From IMG/VR virus record IMGVR_UViG_3300049139_000233, positions 1-64,000 of that record: a stretch of DNA of 64,000 nt; one strand, given 5' to 3'. Shown here piece after piece: positions 1 through 7,505 of this stretch (position 1 is its first letter; each line of letters starts with the position of its first letter). The translations under genes and the position numbers were made by a program. Under the pieces are notes generated by a model that did no database searches, was not told the origin of the DNA, and saw only the letters and a list, made by a program, of their open reading frames with translations. Origin of the DNA: a virus.

Positions 1-32
1 CGACGACGAACCTGCCGGCCGACTTCTCCCCG

Positions 33-470
33 GTGGCCGAGGCGGAGCGCATCACCCGGCTGCACGCGGCGGCCCGCCTGCTGGAGGACCCCCGGTGGAG
101 CCGGCAGCGCGCAGCGCTGCTCCGGGCGTCCGGCGAGGCCGTGGCCCACCACCTGGACGGCGTGCGAGACGTCCTCATCGAGCGCGGGTGGACACAGGAC
201 GCGTTCTGGAGCGAGGCCGGCGCCGTGTGCCTGGTGCGCGCCCTGTCCGTGGCGGCGGACCTCGGCTACGGCGACAGCGCCGACGTGCCGTTCAAGGACT
301 ACCCGTTCACCACGTACCACGTGGCCAACCGGTACCTGGACCTGATGGTGCAGGTGCGCACCGGCCGGCCCGGCGCGGCGATGCCGTGGAACGACGAAGC
401 CGGCCGCACCGTCGGCGAGGTGCTGGAACTGGTGGCCGACGCCGCCGCGTTCGCCCGCAGCTACGCCTGA
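33..470 (+). CDS. hypothetical protein, paralog of 5051..5551; frame is open to the window edge so it may be 5' truncated
   Basis: ORF track 33..470 (GTG). Balanced composition, unlike the Arg/Pro-rich shadow frames. Shares an HLD..L(I/L)E(R/K)RGW block with 5051..5551. A hairpin follows the stop. Confidence 0.75.
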   Translation: MAEAERITRLHAAARLLEDPRWSRQRAALLRASGEAVAHHLDGVRDVLIERGWTQDAFWSEAGAVCLVRALSVAADLGYGDSADVPFKDYPFTTYHVANRYLDLMVQVRTGRPGAAMPWNDEAGRTVGEVLELVADAAAFARSYA

Positions 471-485
471 CCGGCTGTCGCCACC

Positions 486-516
486 GAAGCCCCGGGACAC
501 TGTGTCCCGGGGCTTC
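486..516 (+). terminator. GC-rich hairpin, intrinsic-terminator-like
   Basis: Inverted repeat gaagccccggga / tcccggggcttc lies right after the stop at 470. No T-tract. Confidence 0.55.
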
Positions 517-548
517 GTCGTGCCCGGGGTTGTGTCCGGCCACGAACT

Positions 549-566
549 ATGGTTTAATTAATTCAT
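549..566 (+). promoter_or_regulatory. AT-rich 18-bp palindrome, copy 1 (operator/promoter candidate)
   Basis: Sequence atggtttaattaattcat, identical to the reverse complement of 37428..37445. Sits between a hairpin and the next ORF. Confidence 0.6.
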
Positions 567-676
567 CGGGGCGCCGGCCGGGTGGAACGGGCCGCGACCG
601 CCGCCGAGGCGGGGAAGCCGGCCCGGCCGGCGTCCCGGACAGACCAACTCACAGTCCACGGAAGAAGGAACCGACC

Positions 677-1021
677 ATGACCGCGAAGACGTACGACGAG
701 CACAAGGCCGAGGCACTGCACAACGGCTTCCCCGAGCTGCTGGCGCACAAGGTCGCCGAGATCCGGGCCCGACGCCCCCAGCCGGCTGGAGACGTCCGCA
801 CCTTCACCGTGATCTACACCGGAGTGAACGAGCCGATCGTCCACGCGGCCGGCTGCACGCACAACCTCCGCGACTCCCTGGCCGGCGCGCACACCACCGA
901 GGACATCACCGGCACGCTGGAGGACGTCGGCCGCCAGGTCTACGCGGACATGCTGGACGAGGGTTCCATGGACCCCGGGGACTGCGTCCCGAACCTGCGC
1001 GTGAAGCCCTGCGCCCGCTGA
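677..1021 (+). CDS. hypothetical protein (114 aa)
   Basis: Internal ATG of track ORF 95..1021, preceded by the leader ggaagaaggaaccgacc. The upstream part of the track ORF is Arg/Pro/Gly-rich shadow. Confidence 0.8.
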   Translation: MTAKTYDEHKAEALHNGFPELLAHKVAEIRARRPQPAGDVRTFTVIYTGVNEPIVHAAGCTHNLRDSLAGAHTTEDITGTLEDVGRQVYADMLDEGSMDPGDCVPNLRVKPCAR

Positions 1022-1145
1022 ACCACCCCGGCCCCGGCCGCCGCGCCGGGGCCCTGCACCTCCTGACCAAAGAATCAAGGAAGCGAATCCCCGTTTCGGC
1101 CGTATGATCCGTGCGGCCGTGGGGCTGGAGAGAAGGACGACCATC

Positions 1146-1358
1146 GTGCAGACCACCGTTCAGAGCCGCGACGAGCGCATCACCGACCCGGGGTTCGCCA
1201 CCGCCATGGACACCACCGAGGCGGCGATAGCCGAACTGCGCGGCCTCGGCGTGCCGATGGACAAGGCCATCGTGGTGGTGCAGCGCGTCTACGGCGCCGG
1301 CCGGGACCGGGGCCTGCACCTCGGCCTGCGCATGGCCGACATCCCGCCGGCGTCCTGA
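1146..1358 (+). CDS. hypothetical protein (70 aa; alternative start 1104)
   Basis: Track ORF 1104..1358. An in-frame GTG at 1146 is preceded by gagaaggacgaccatc (SD-like). Confidence 0.65.
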   Translation: MQTTVQSRDERITDPGFATAMDTTEAAIAELRGLGVPMDKAIVVVQRVYGAGRDRGLHLGLRMADIPPAS

Positions 1359-1389
1359 CCATCACCGACCAAGGAACGAGGAACCGACC

Positions 1390-1821
1390 ATGCCCGACAC
1401 CACGTTGTCCGACCGCATCGCCGACACGCTGGCCCGCGCTTACGACGGGCAGCCGCTCGCCGACCTGCGCGACGAGCACGCCGCGCTCCACCGGGAAGCC
1501 GCAGGCACCGTCGTGGACGCGCTCATGAGGGGTGCGGAGATCTCGTCCTTCCGGATCGCGGTCCTGCCTGCCGGGCACCCGTTGCGGGACTTCGCCTCGA
1601 TCACCGTCCGCCTGTGCTCTTCCGGACTCTGGCAGGTGGACCGTCTTGGGTTCCTGCTGGACCGGACCGGCCGGTGGGAGCAGGGGGCGAAGCGCTCTCC
1701 GGAGTGGCGCGCTGCGCGGGAGTTCACCCTGGACGAGGCGCTGCGGCTGGCCCGCGAGGCGGCGCCGTCGGTGCGGGTCGGTGACTCCACGGTCAGGGAC
1801 GAGCTGGGGGCAGCCCCCTGA
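1390..1821 (+). CDS. hypothetical protein (143 aa)
   Basis: Track ORF. The ATG is preceded by the full conserved leader accgaccaaggaacgaggaaccgacc. Confidence 0.85.
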   Translation: MPDTTLSDRIADTLARAYDGQPLADLRDEHAALHREAAGTVVDALMRGAEISSFRIAVLPAGHPLRDFASITVRLCSSGLWQVDRLGFLLDRTGRWEQGAKRSPEWRAAREFTLDEALRLAREAAPSVRVGDSTVRDELGAAP

Positions 1822-1842
1822 CCGTGGAGTCGGAAACTTACC

Positions 1843-1871
1843 GGGTCCCGGGGTTGCGTATCCCGGGACCC
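1843..1871 (+). terminator. GC-rich hairpin
   Basis: Stem gggtcccggg / cccgggaccc after the stop at 1821. Confidence 0.5.
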
Positions 1872-1872
1872 T

Positions 1873-1890
1873 TTGGTTTAATTAAATCAG
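1873..1890 (+). promoter_or_regulatory. AT-rich palindrome, copy 2
   Basis: Sequence ttggtttaattaaatcag, 37 nt upstream of the ATG at 1927. Confidence 0.55.
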
Positions 1891-1926
1891 TGGCCGGGTG
1901 GACCGGCCGGAAACGAGGAACCGACC

Positions 1927-2154
1927 ATGACCGCGTACCGCATCGACTTCGCCCCCGTCGGCCAGGACTTCAACGCGAAGCCCGCCATCATCACGGCGGA
2001 CGACCGCGACGAGCTGATCCAGGAACTCGCCTGGTACGTCAACCACGTCAGCCGGGGAACCATCGGCGGTGACCTGAACGACGACATGCGGGGCGGCCGG
2101 CTCATCAACGACAACGAGGCGGACTGCGGCACCTTCACCGTCACCGCCCTCTGA
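1927..2154 (+). CDS. hypothetical protein (75 aa)
   Basis: Track ORF with leader aaacgaggaaccgacc before the ATG. Confidence 0.85.
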   Translation: MTAYRIDFAPVGQDFNAKPAIITADDRDELIQELAWYVNHVSRGTIGGDLNDDMRGGRLINDNEADCGTFTVTAL

Positions 2155-2159
2155 CCTGA

Positions 2160-2190
2160 GCGTCGCCCGGGTCTACGGTCCGGGCGACGC
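2160..2190 (+). terminator. GC-rich hairpin
   Basis: Stem gcgtcgcccgg / ccgggcgacgc immediately after the stop. Confidence 0.55.
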
Positions 2191-2221
2191 TCAGTCTCAC
2201 GATCCCGGAAACGAGGAACCC

Positions 2222-2413
2222 ATGAGCGAGCGATACGAGGTCCGTACCGTCGAGGCTGACCCGTCCACAGGAGAGGTCGACTTCTACAAGGACCCTCCCG
2301 AGCCGGTGTACTACATCTACGACTCCGTGAAGGACCGCCCCGTCCCGTTCAGCAACTCGCACGACGAAGCACAGACACAGCGCTGGTGCGCCGACCGCAA
2401 CAGCCGCTCCTGA
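2222..2413 (+). CDS. hypothetical protein (63 aa)
   Basis: Track ORF with leader ggaaacgaggaaccc before the ATG. Confidence 0.8.
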   Translation: MSERYEVRTVEADPSTGEVDFYKDPPEPVYYIYDSVKDRPVPFSNSHDEAQTQRWCADRNSRS

Positions 2414-2453
2414 CGCACGACGGCCGGCCGGGAGCCGTGATCCCGGCCAACGA

Positions 2454-2552
2454 GGGCCTGTAGCTCAGTCAGGCAGAGCACCGTCGAGCGCGAACCTTGG
2501 TCGGTTCCATCGCGCTCCGGAAGACTCCGGTTCGAGTCCGGACGGCCCACCA
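2454..2552 (+). tRNA. tRNA-like element or pseudogene: canonical D-arm, T-arm and CCA, but a ~40-nt hairpin replaces the anticodon arm and the acceptor stem has a bulge
   Basis: GGGCCTG-TA-GCTC AGTCAGGCA GAGC ... TCCGG TTCGAGT CCGGA CGGCCC-A-CCA. U8, A14, G18G19, T54T55C56 and A58 are all in place. No 5-bp/7-nt anticodon arm can be drawn. Confidence 0.45.
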
Positions 2553-2588
2553 CGACAGGAAAGACGACGACCACGGAAACGAGGAGAC

Positions 2589-2708
2589 ATGACCATCAAC
2601 TTCCTGCCCGACGACTACAGCCGGGCCACGCAGACGACCGTGGTGGTCCCGGTTGTCCGGCCGAGCAGTGACGCGCTCACCGATCCGTCTGCGGCCGAGA
2701 CGTCCTGA
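2589..2708 (+). CDS. hypothetical small protein (39 aa)
   Basis: Below the track cutoff. ATG preceded by ggaaacgaggagac. Nearly all third codon positions are G/C. Confidence 0.5.
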   Translation: MTINFLPDDYSRATQTTVVVPVVRPSSDALTDPSAAETS

Positions 2709-2740
2709 TCCGACAGGTGGAGGACTGACCTGTCCCAACG

Positions 2741-2775
2741 CGAAGCCCCGGGGCCGTCCTGGCTCCGGGGCTTCG
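2741..2775. terminator. bidirectional GC hairpin between convergent genes
   Basis: Stem cgaagccccgg / ccggggcttcg between the + ORF ending at 2708 and the - ORF ending at 2797. Confidence 0.55.
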
Positions 2776-2796
2776 GCGTGCCTGCGGCCGTGTTCG

Positions 2797-3624
2797 TCAC
2801 CGCTGCGTGAGGCGTTCGATCTTTCCGGCGAGGTCGGCGACCTGTGCGACGAGGATCCGGCCCTGCTCGGGGTCGGCTTCCAGTGCGTCGGCGATGACCC
2901 GGCCACGCAGGGCCCGGTGCGCACCGCGCAGCGCGGCCAGGCCCTGCTCCAGCCGGACGAGGGCGCGGGCTTGCTCGGGGGTGTGTTCCGCCGGCGGGTC
3001 CGCTTCGGTGTCGTCCTCGCCGGCCGGTGCCAGCGCCGGCCGGGGTACGTAGTTGAGGCGGTCGGCCGCGTCCCGTATGGCCTTCGCCGTGACCTTCTCG
3101 CCGGTCTGCCGGACGGCTGCGACGACTTCCCGTACGGCTGTCTCGCCGTGCGCCTCAAGCACCGGGGCGAGGACGCGGGCCTGCGACTCCACGGGCGCCG
3201 TGTCGAAAATTTTCGACATGACGAGCATGACCGGGGCGGCGTCGATGAGCTGGTACGCGCGGGTGCGGTCCATGTCCCACCGTTGGCTGATGTACTCCTC
3301 GAACGTCGCGTGGGTGACCTTGTAGAGTCCGCCGCCCTCGTCGCGGATGGCGCGCAGGGCCGTCCCGGCCTCCACAACGAACCGTGCGCGGGCCGCCTTG
3401 AGGGAGTTGCCGGCGGTCTCCTTGGCCGCGTCGATGGCGGCCTCGAACGCGGCGAGACGTTCGGCGTCGGTCCCGGTGACGGTGGCCGGGTCTACGGGCT
3501 TCGGGGCGAAGGGGTCCGGCACAGCGGGCTCTGCGGGCAGCAGCGGATTTGCGGCCGGTGCGGCAACGCGGGAGCGGGCGCCGGTGAGCAGGGCGGCGCG
3601 GTTGACCCGGGGCCTGGCGCTCAC
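2797..3624 (-). CDS. ParB-like / HTH centromere-binding partition protein (putative)
   Basis: Track ORF. 4-nt overlap with the upstream ParA gene. HTH-like ATFEEYISQRWDMDRTRAYQLIDAA. No canonical ParB N-terminal box recognised. Confidence 0.6.
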   Translation of the reverse strand: MSARPRVNRAALLTGARSRVAAPAANPLLPAEPAVPDPFAPKPVDPATVTGTDAERLAAFEAAIDAAKETAGNSLKAARARFVVEAGTALRAIRDEGGGLYKVTHATFEEYISQRWDMDRTRAYQLIDAAPVMLVMSKIFDTAPVESQARVLAPVLEAHGETAVREVVAAVRQTGEKVTAKAIRDAADRLNYVPRPALAPAGEDDTEADPPAEHTPEQARALVRLEQGLAALRGAHRALRGRVIADALEADPEQGRILVAQVADLAGKIERLTQR

Positions 3625-4298
3625 CGGGTCACCCAGTCCAGAAGCTCGTCGGCGAGCAGCGCCATGGGGCTCCCGGTCTCCACCCGGGGCGTACGGCCGA
3701 ACGCCTGTGCGTAACCGTCGCGGCCGTCACTGCGGGGGACTTCGGTGCGCAGCACTGTGAATCCTGCGGCTTCCAGATCCTCGCGGGTCTCCTTGGCCGA
3801 GGACGCGGACCGGTTGACCATCGTCATGAGCAGCACGAGGCGCGGTGCGGGTACGCCCACGGCTTCCAGTTGCTCCACGGCCTTGAGCACCGAGCCTGCG
3901 CGCTCCAGCTCTATCGGTGTGGGCTGTACGGCGAGGACGACAAGGTCCGAGGCGGCCAGGACGGCGAAGTGCCGGTTGCCGGACTTCCGTTCCCACGCCC
4001 CGGTGTCAATGAGCGCCAGGCCGTGCTCCGGAGTCAGGCGCCGGGCCTCGTCGGCGATGCGTGACGCGGCGGGCGCGCGGTAGACCGGGGCCCCGAGGTC
4101 GGCGACGTCGGACCAGGTGTACAGGCTGCCGTCCTCCTGCTCTCCCGGGTCGTCGGCGTCGAGGCCTACGGCAGGGACGCCCGTTCCGGTCCAGTGCGCG
4201 AGCAGGTGGCCGCTGGTGGTCGACTTGCCGCTCCCGCCTTTGCCGATGATGCCGATGCGCCGGCCGTCGGCCGGTAGACGTGGGTGTGGTGGGTTCAT
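3621..4298 (-). CDS. parA: ParA/Soj-family partition ATPase
   Basis: Deviant Walker A IIGKGGSGKST. Start trimmed to the ATG at 4298, preceded by ggaacgaggcagat. Confidence 0.85.
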   Translation of the reverse strand: MNPPHPRLPADGRRIGIIGKGGSGKSTTSGHLLAHWTGTGVPAVGLDADDPGEQEDGSLYTWSDVADLGAPVYRAPAASRIADEARRLTPEHGLALIDTGAWERKSGNRHFAVLAASDLVVLAVQPTPIELERAGSVLKAVEQLEAVGVPAPRLVLLMTMVNRSASSAKETREDLEAAGFTVLRTEVPRSDGRDGYAQAFGRTPRVETGSPMALLADELLDWVTR

Positions 4299-4397
4299 AT
4301 CTGCCTCGTTCCTCGGTCGGTGGTCAGGGCACGAGGGTAGCGACCGCTGGGACGCTTGCACTGGAAGGGTCCGGTGTATTGCCCCGGCGCACGACCT

Positions 4398-4415
4398 ATG
4401 ATTTAATTAAGTCAT
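4398..4415. promoter_or_regulatory. AT-rich palindrome, copy 3 (divergent region upstream of parA)
   Basis: Sequence atgatttaattaagtcat, 100 nt upstream of the parA start. Confidence 0.55.
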
Positions 4416-4666
4416 CGGTCGGACAGTCCGGCCGAGGCGAGGACGCGCTGAGCCTGGCGCGGCTGGCCCGGACGGACTCGATGGGCTTCGGCACGATCGT
4501 CTACTGGGGCGGCGTCGAGATCACCGACTGAACCTCCCGGGGCCGTTCGGCCCCGACCCGCTTCCGTGGGATAACGAAGTCCGCCGGACCGCAGGCCCGG
4601 AGGCGCCGGCCCACAACCGGCCGGGAGCGCTCATCGCATCACCGACCAAGGAACGAGGGACCGACT

Positions 4667-4939
4667 GTGCGGACAACGTGGGCGGGATGGGCCCCGCAGG
4701 ACATGACGGACGCGGCCGAGCTGGAAGGGCACGTCGGGCTGCGCGCCCTCGCGGTCCCCGAGCAACGGCTGGTGGAGTCCCTGCCGTACTACAGCGCCTT
4801 CAGCGACTACCAGGTGCACGTCACCGGCTGCGCCGACTGTCGGCGCGACGACCGGCCGGACTGCCCCGAGGGTGAAGGGCTGCTGGTCGTCTCCCGCATC
4901 GGCGTGGAGGAGCAGCAGCGCATGGCCGCGCAGAACTGA
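4667..4939 (+). CDS. hypothetical protein (90 aa)
   Basis: Track ORF (GTG) preceded by accgaccaaggaacgagggaccgac. Confidence 0.8.
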   Translation: MRTTWAGWAPQDMTDAAELEGHVGLRALAVPEQRLVESLPYYSAFSDYQVHVTGCADCRRDDRPDCPEGEGLLVVSRIGVEEQQRMAAQN

Positions 4940-4957
4940 CGCCGGCGCACCGGCCGG

Positions 4958-4991
4958 AAGGGCCCCGGGGCTTGACGCCTCCGGGGCCCTT
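4958..4991 (+). terminator. GC-rich hairpin
   Basis: Stem aagggccccgg / ccggggccctt after the stop at 4939. Confidence 0.55.
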
Positions 4992-5008
4992 TGATTTAAT
5001 CAATTCAT
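4991..5008 (+). promoter_or_regulatory. AT-rich palindrome, copy 4
   Basis: Sequence ttgatttaatcaattcat, 43 nt upstream of the ATG at 5051. Confidence 0.55.
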
Positions 5009-5050
5009 CGCCCGGGGACTGCCGGGCCGACCACGGAATGAGGAACCGTC

Positions 5051-5551
5051 ATGACTTCTGCTGCCCTCCCGGTGGACGACTCGCGCATCCAGATCCTCGT
5101 CGCGCGCAGCATCTCCAACTCCCCCGACTTCTGGACGGGGTCGTCCGGCGAGCGTGTCGGCCGCGAGGACGTCGCAGCCCACCTGGACGCCGCCCTCGCC
5201 CTGCTGGAGAAGCGCGGATGGTCGCGGACCTACGGCAGCTCGGACCCGGAGGTTCCCGAGGTCAACGAGTCGTCCTCGGTCAAGGCGATCCTGCTCGGAC
5301 TCGTGCGGATGGTGCGGGACCTGACGACCGACCACGGCCCGCTCACCGTGTCCGAGGCCCTGAGCCGGACGTCGGACACGGCCGGCGACATCGACACGCA
5401 GCTCGTGGCGTGCCGTGTCCTGGACGAGGTGGTCCGTGCCCACACCGGCTGGCCGCTCGCCCTCCAGAGCGCGTGGACGTCCAAGCGCGGCCGGACGTGG
5501 GACGAGGTGCGCGGCCTGATGGTCACCGCCGCCAAGGCCGCTCGTCCCTGA
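5051..5551 (+). CDS. hypothetical protein (166 aa), paralog of 33..470
   Basis: Track ORF with leader cacggaatgaggaaccgtc. Shares a motif block with the first ORF. Confidence 0.85.
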   Translation: MTSAALPVDDSRIQILVARSISNSPDFWTGSSGERVGREDVAAHLDAALALLEKRGWSRTYGSSDPEVPEVNESSSVKAILLGLVRMVRDLTTDHGPLTVSEALSRTSDTAGDIDTQLVACRVLDEVVRAHTGWPLALQSAWTSKRGRTWDEVRGLMVTAAKAARP

Positions 5552-5570
5552 CCTGGCCGAACGAACTGTA

Positions 5571-5600
5571 GGGCCCCTGGGGTTGTGACCCCAGGGGCCC
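5571..5600 (+). terminator. GC-rich hairpin
   Basis: Stem gggcccctgggg / ccccaggggccc. Confidence 0.55.
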
Positions 5601-5602
5601 TT

Positions 5603-5620
5603 ATGATTTAATCAATTCAT
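5603..5620 (+). promoter_or_regulatory. AT-rich palindrome, copy 5
   Basis: Sequence atgatttaatcaattcat, 44 nt upstream of the ATG at 5664. Confidence 0.55.
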
Positions 5621-5663
5621 CAGCCGGACATACCGCCCGGCCAGGACCAAGGAACGAGGAATC

Positions 5664-5825
5664 ATGACGGACCCGCGCATCCTGCTCATGCAGCCCGTGG
5701 ACGAGCCGCTGTACGGCGAGGCGTCCAAGACCGCCGCCCGCGCCCTGCGCGCCCCGGTGGACGAGCCGCTGTACGGCTGGACCGCCCGCGTCATCGGCCA
5801 GGCCCTGCGCCGGCCGGCCGCCTGA
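5664..5825 (+). CDS. hypothetical small protein (53 aa) with an internal PVDEPLYG duplication
   Basis: Below the track cutoff. Leader ccaaggaacgaggaatc before the ATG. GC3-rich. A hairpin follows. Confidence 0.6.
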   Translation: MTDPRILLMQPVDEPLYGEASKTAARALRAPVDEPLYGWTARVIGQALRRPAA

Positions 5826-5830
5826 ACCGA

Positions 5831-5858
5831 CGGCCCGGGGCCGTTTGGTCCCGGGCCG
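5831..5858 (+). terminator. GC-rich hairpin
   Basis: Stem cggcccggg / cccgggccg after the stop at 5825. Confidence 0.45.
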
Positions 5859-5906
5859 CTCCCGTGGCCTAATCGGGAACACCGCCGACCAAGGAAAGCA
5901 GGACAC

Positions 5907-6344
5907 ATGGACACACTCACCGCTCCCGGCGTCGTGCCGGACACCTCTCTGCGGCTCGCGCTGGACGACCCCAAGCCGGTCATGTCCGTCCAGGCGCCGG
6001 GCGCCGGCGGGTACAGCGCCGTGCTGCTGGCCGCCGACTGGCTGCTGCCGCTGGCCGCGTGGTTCGCCGGCGAGGCGCAGCCGGCTTCCGTCGGGGACCT
6101 GCCCGGCACCCTCTACGGCCGCACGCTCGACGTCCGGGGCGACGAGGCGGCCATCGTGTGGAACACGCACACCTGGGCCCGCCTGGACTGCATCCTGCCG
6201 TTCGGCACCGCCCGGGTGACCATCGGTCCGCGCGGCAAGGCGTACGGCACCGTCGTGATGCTGGAGCCCGAGGCCCGCCAGGACGTCGCGGCGTGGCTGC
6301 GCCGGGCGGACGCCGAGGACCGGGCCCGCCCGGCCGCTGCCTGA
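5907..6344 (+). CDS. hypothetical protein (145 aa)
   Basis: Track ORF with leader gaccaaggaaagcaggacac. Confidence 0.85.
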   Translation: MDTLTAPGVVPDTSLRLALDDPKPVMSVQAPGAGGYSAVLLAADWLLPLAAWFAGEAQPASVGDLPGTLYGRTLDVRGDEAAIVWNTHTWARLDCILPFGTARVTIGPRGKAYGTVVMLEPEARQDVAAWLRRADAEDRARPAAA

Positions 6345-6428
6345 GCCGGCCGTTCGGCGATCCGCGCACCCGCTGGCACACTCCGTGCCGTTACACCGCT
6401 GACCTGTCCCCCTCCAGGTCGCGGCCCC

Positions 6429-6460
6429 GGTGCCCCGTCCACTCCCCCGGACGGGGCACC
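6429..6460 (+). terminator. GC-rich hairpin
   Basis: Stem ggtgccccgtcc / ggacggggcacc. Confidence 0.5.
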
Positions 6461-6497
6461 TGCACCACTGGACCAAGGAACAGGGGAGGGCCCCGAT

Positions 6498-7505
6498 ATG
6501 GGCACCATCACCATCATTCACACTCGCGCCGGCGGAACGCTGCTGGAAGGTTCCTGCAAGGGCGACGGCGTCCTGGAACTCGTCCGGCCGCACGGGTTCC
6601 GCTGGTTCCCGTCCCTGGGCTGCCTGGGCATCCAGCGCTCGCGGGACCGGGCCGCGCAGATGTGGCGCATCAACGGAGCCAGGGCGGCCCTGGAGGCGGC
6701 CGGCTGGACGGTGGTCGTCACCGTCGATGAGGACACCGCGCGCACGTTCGCCGAGGCGGAAGCCACCCGCGAGCAGCGCTCCGGAGAGCGGGCCGCCCGG
6801 CTCGCCGAGGGCGCGGCCCGCGCAACGGCCGCGTCGGAGGCCGGGTACCGCCGGGCTCACGAGATAGCCGACGCCATCCCGCCGGGGCAGCCGGTGCTGC
6901 GCGGGCACCACAGCGAAGGGCCGCACCGCCGGGCGCTCGCGCGGATGGACTCGGGGATGCGCCGGTTCGTGGACGAGGGCGAGAAGGCCGAACGCCTCGC
7001 CGAGCGGGCGGAGACGGCCGCCGCCTACACCGGGCGCCGCACCGACCCGGCCGTCACGCTGCGGCGTATCGAGAAGCTGGAGGCGGACCGCCGCCGGGTG
7101 GAGCGGTCCTTGTCCCGGTGCACGCCGGGCTCGGACTACGCGGCCGAACTGACGCGGCAGCTCGCCGAGCTGGACGACCAGCTCGGCCACTGGCGGGCCG
7201 TGGTCGCGCGTGCCGAGGCGGAGGGGTTCAAGGTCTGGTCCCGGGCCGACTTCCGCAAGGGCGACTTCGTCCAGTACCGGGGGACCTGGTACGAGGTGCT
7301 GCGGGTCAACCCGAAGAGCCTGACGATCCCGCACATTCACATCGGCGTCGGCCGGGACGTGGTGCGCGAGGGCGACGGCGGACGGCTGAGCGGCTGGCGG
7401 TGGACCGCGCCGTACACCGACGGAATCACCGGGCGGATGAGCGCTGAGGAGATGTCCGAACGCGAGCGCGGCGAGGAGCCGGGACCGCCAGTCCAAGGTG
7501 CCTGA
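6498..7505 (+). CDS. DUF3560-like protein (335 aa)
   Basis: Track ORF. PPGQPVLRGHHSEGPHRRA..MRRF matches the GQP(I/V)LVGHHSE signature I associate with DUF3560 proteins of plasmids and phages. Confidence 0.8.
   Translation: MGTITIIHTRAGGTLLEGSCKGDGVLELVRPHGFRWFPSLGCLGIQRSRDRAAQMWRINGARAALEAAGWTVVVTVDEDTARTFAEAEATREQRSGERAARLAEGAARATAASEAGYRRAHEIADAIPPGQPVLRGHHSEGPHRRALARMDSGMRRFVDEGEKAERLAERAETAAAYTGRRTDPAVTLRRIEKLEADRRRVERSLSRCTPGSDYAAELTRQLAELDDQLGHWRAVVARAEAEGFKVWSRADFRKGDFVQYRGTWYEVLRVNPKSLTIPHIHIGVGRDVVREGDGGRLSGWRWTAPYTDGITGRMSAEEMSERERGEEPGPPVQGA

Noticed and set aside
2454-2552. tRNA-like element as the attP core
   Set aside because: It is ~35 kb from the integrase and contains both 5' and 3' tRNA halves, rather than the 3' fragment usually duplicated at att sites.
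4412-4531. GC3-rich reading frame downstream of palindrome copy 3 (possible small + strand gene ending at 4531)
   Set aside because: The only in-frame canonical start after the palindrome is the ATG at 4481, giving a 16-aa peptide. There is no conserved leader. The evidence is insufficient to call a CDS.
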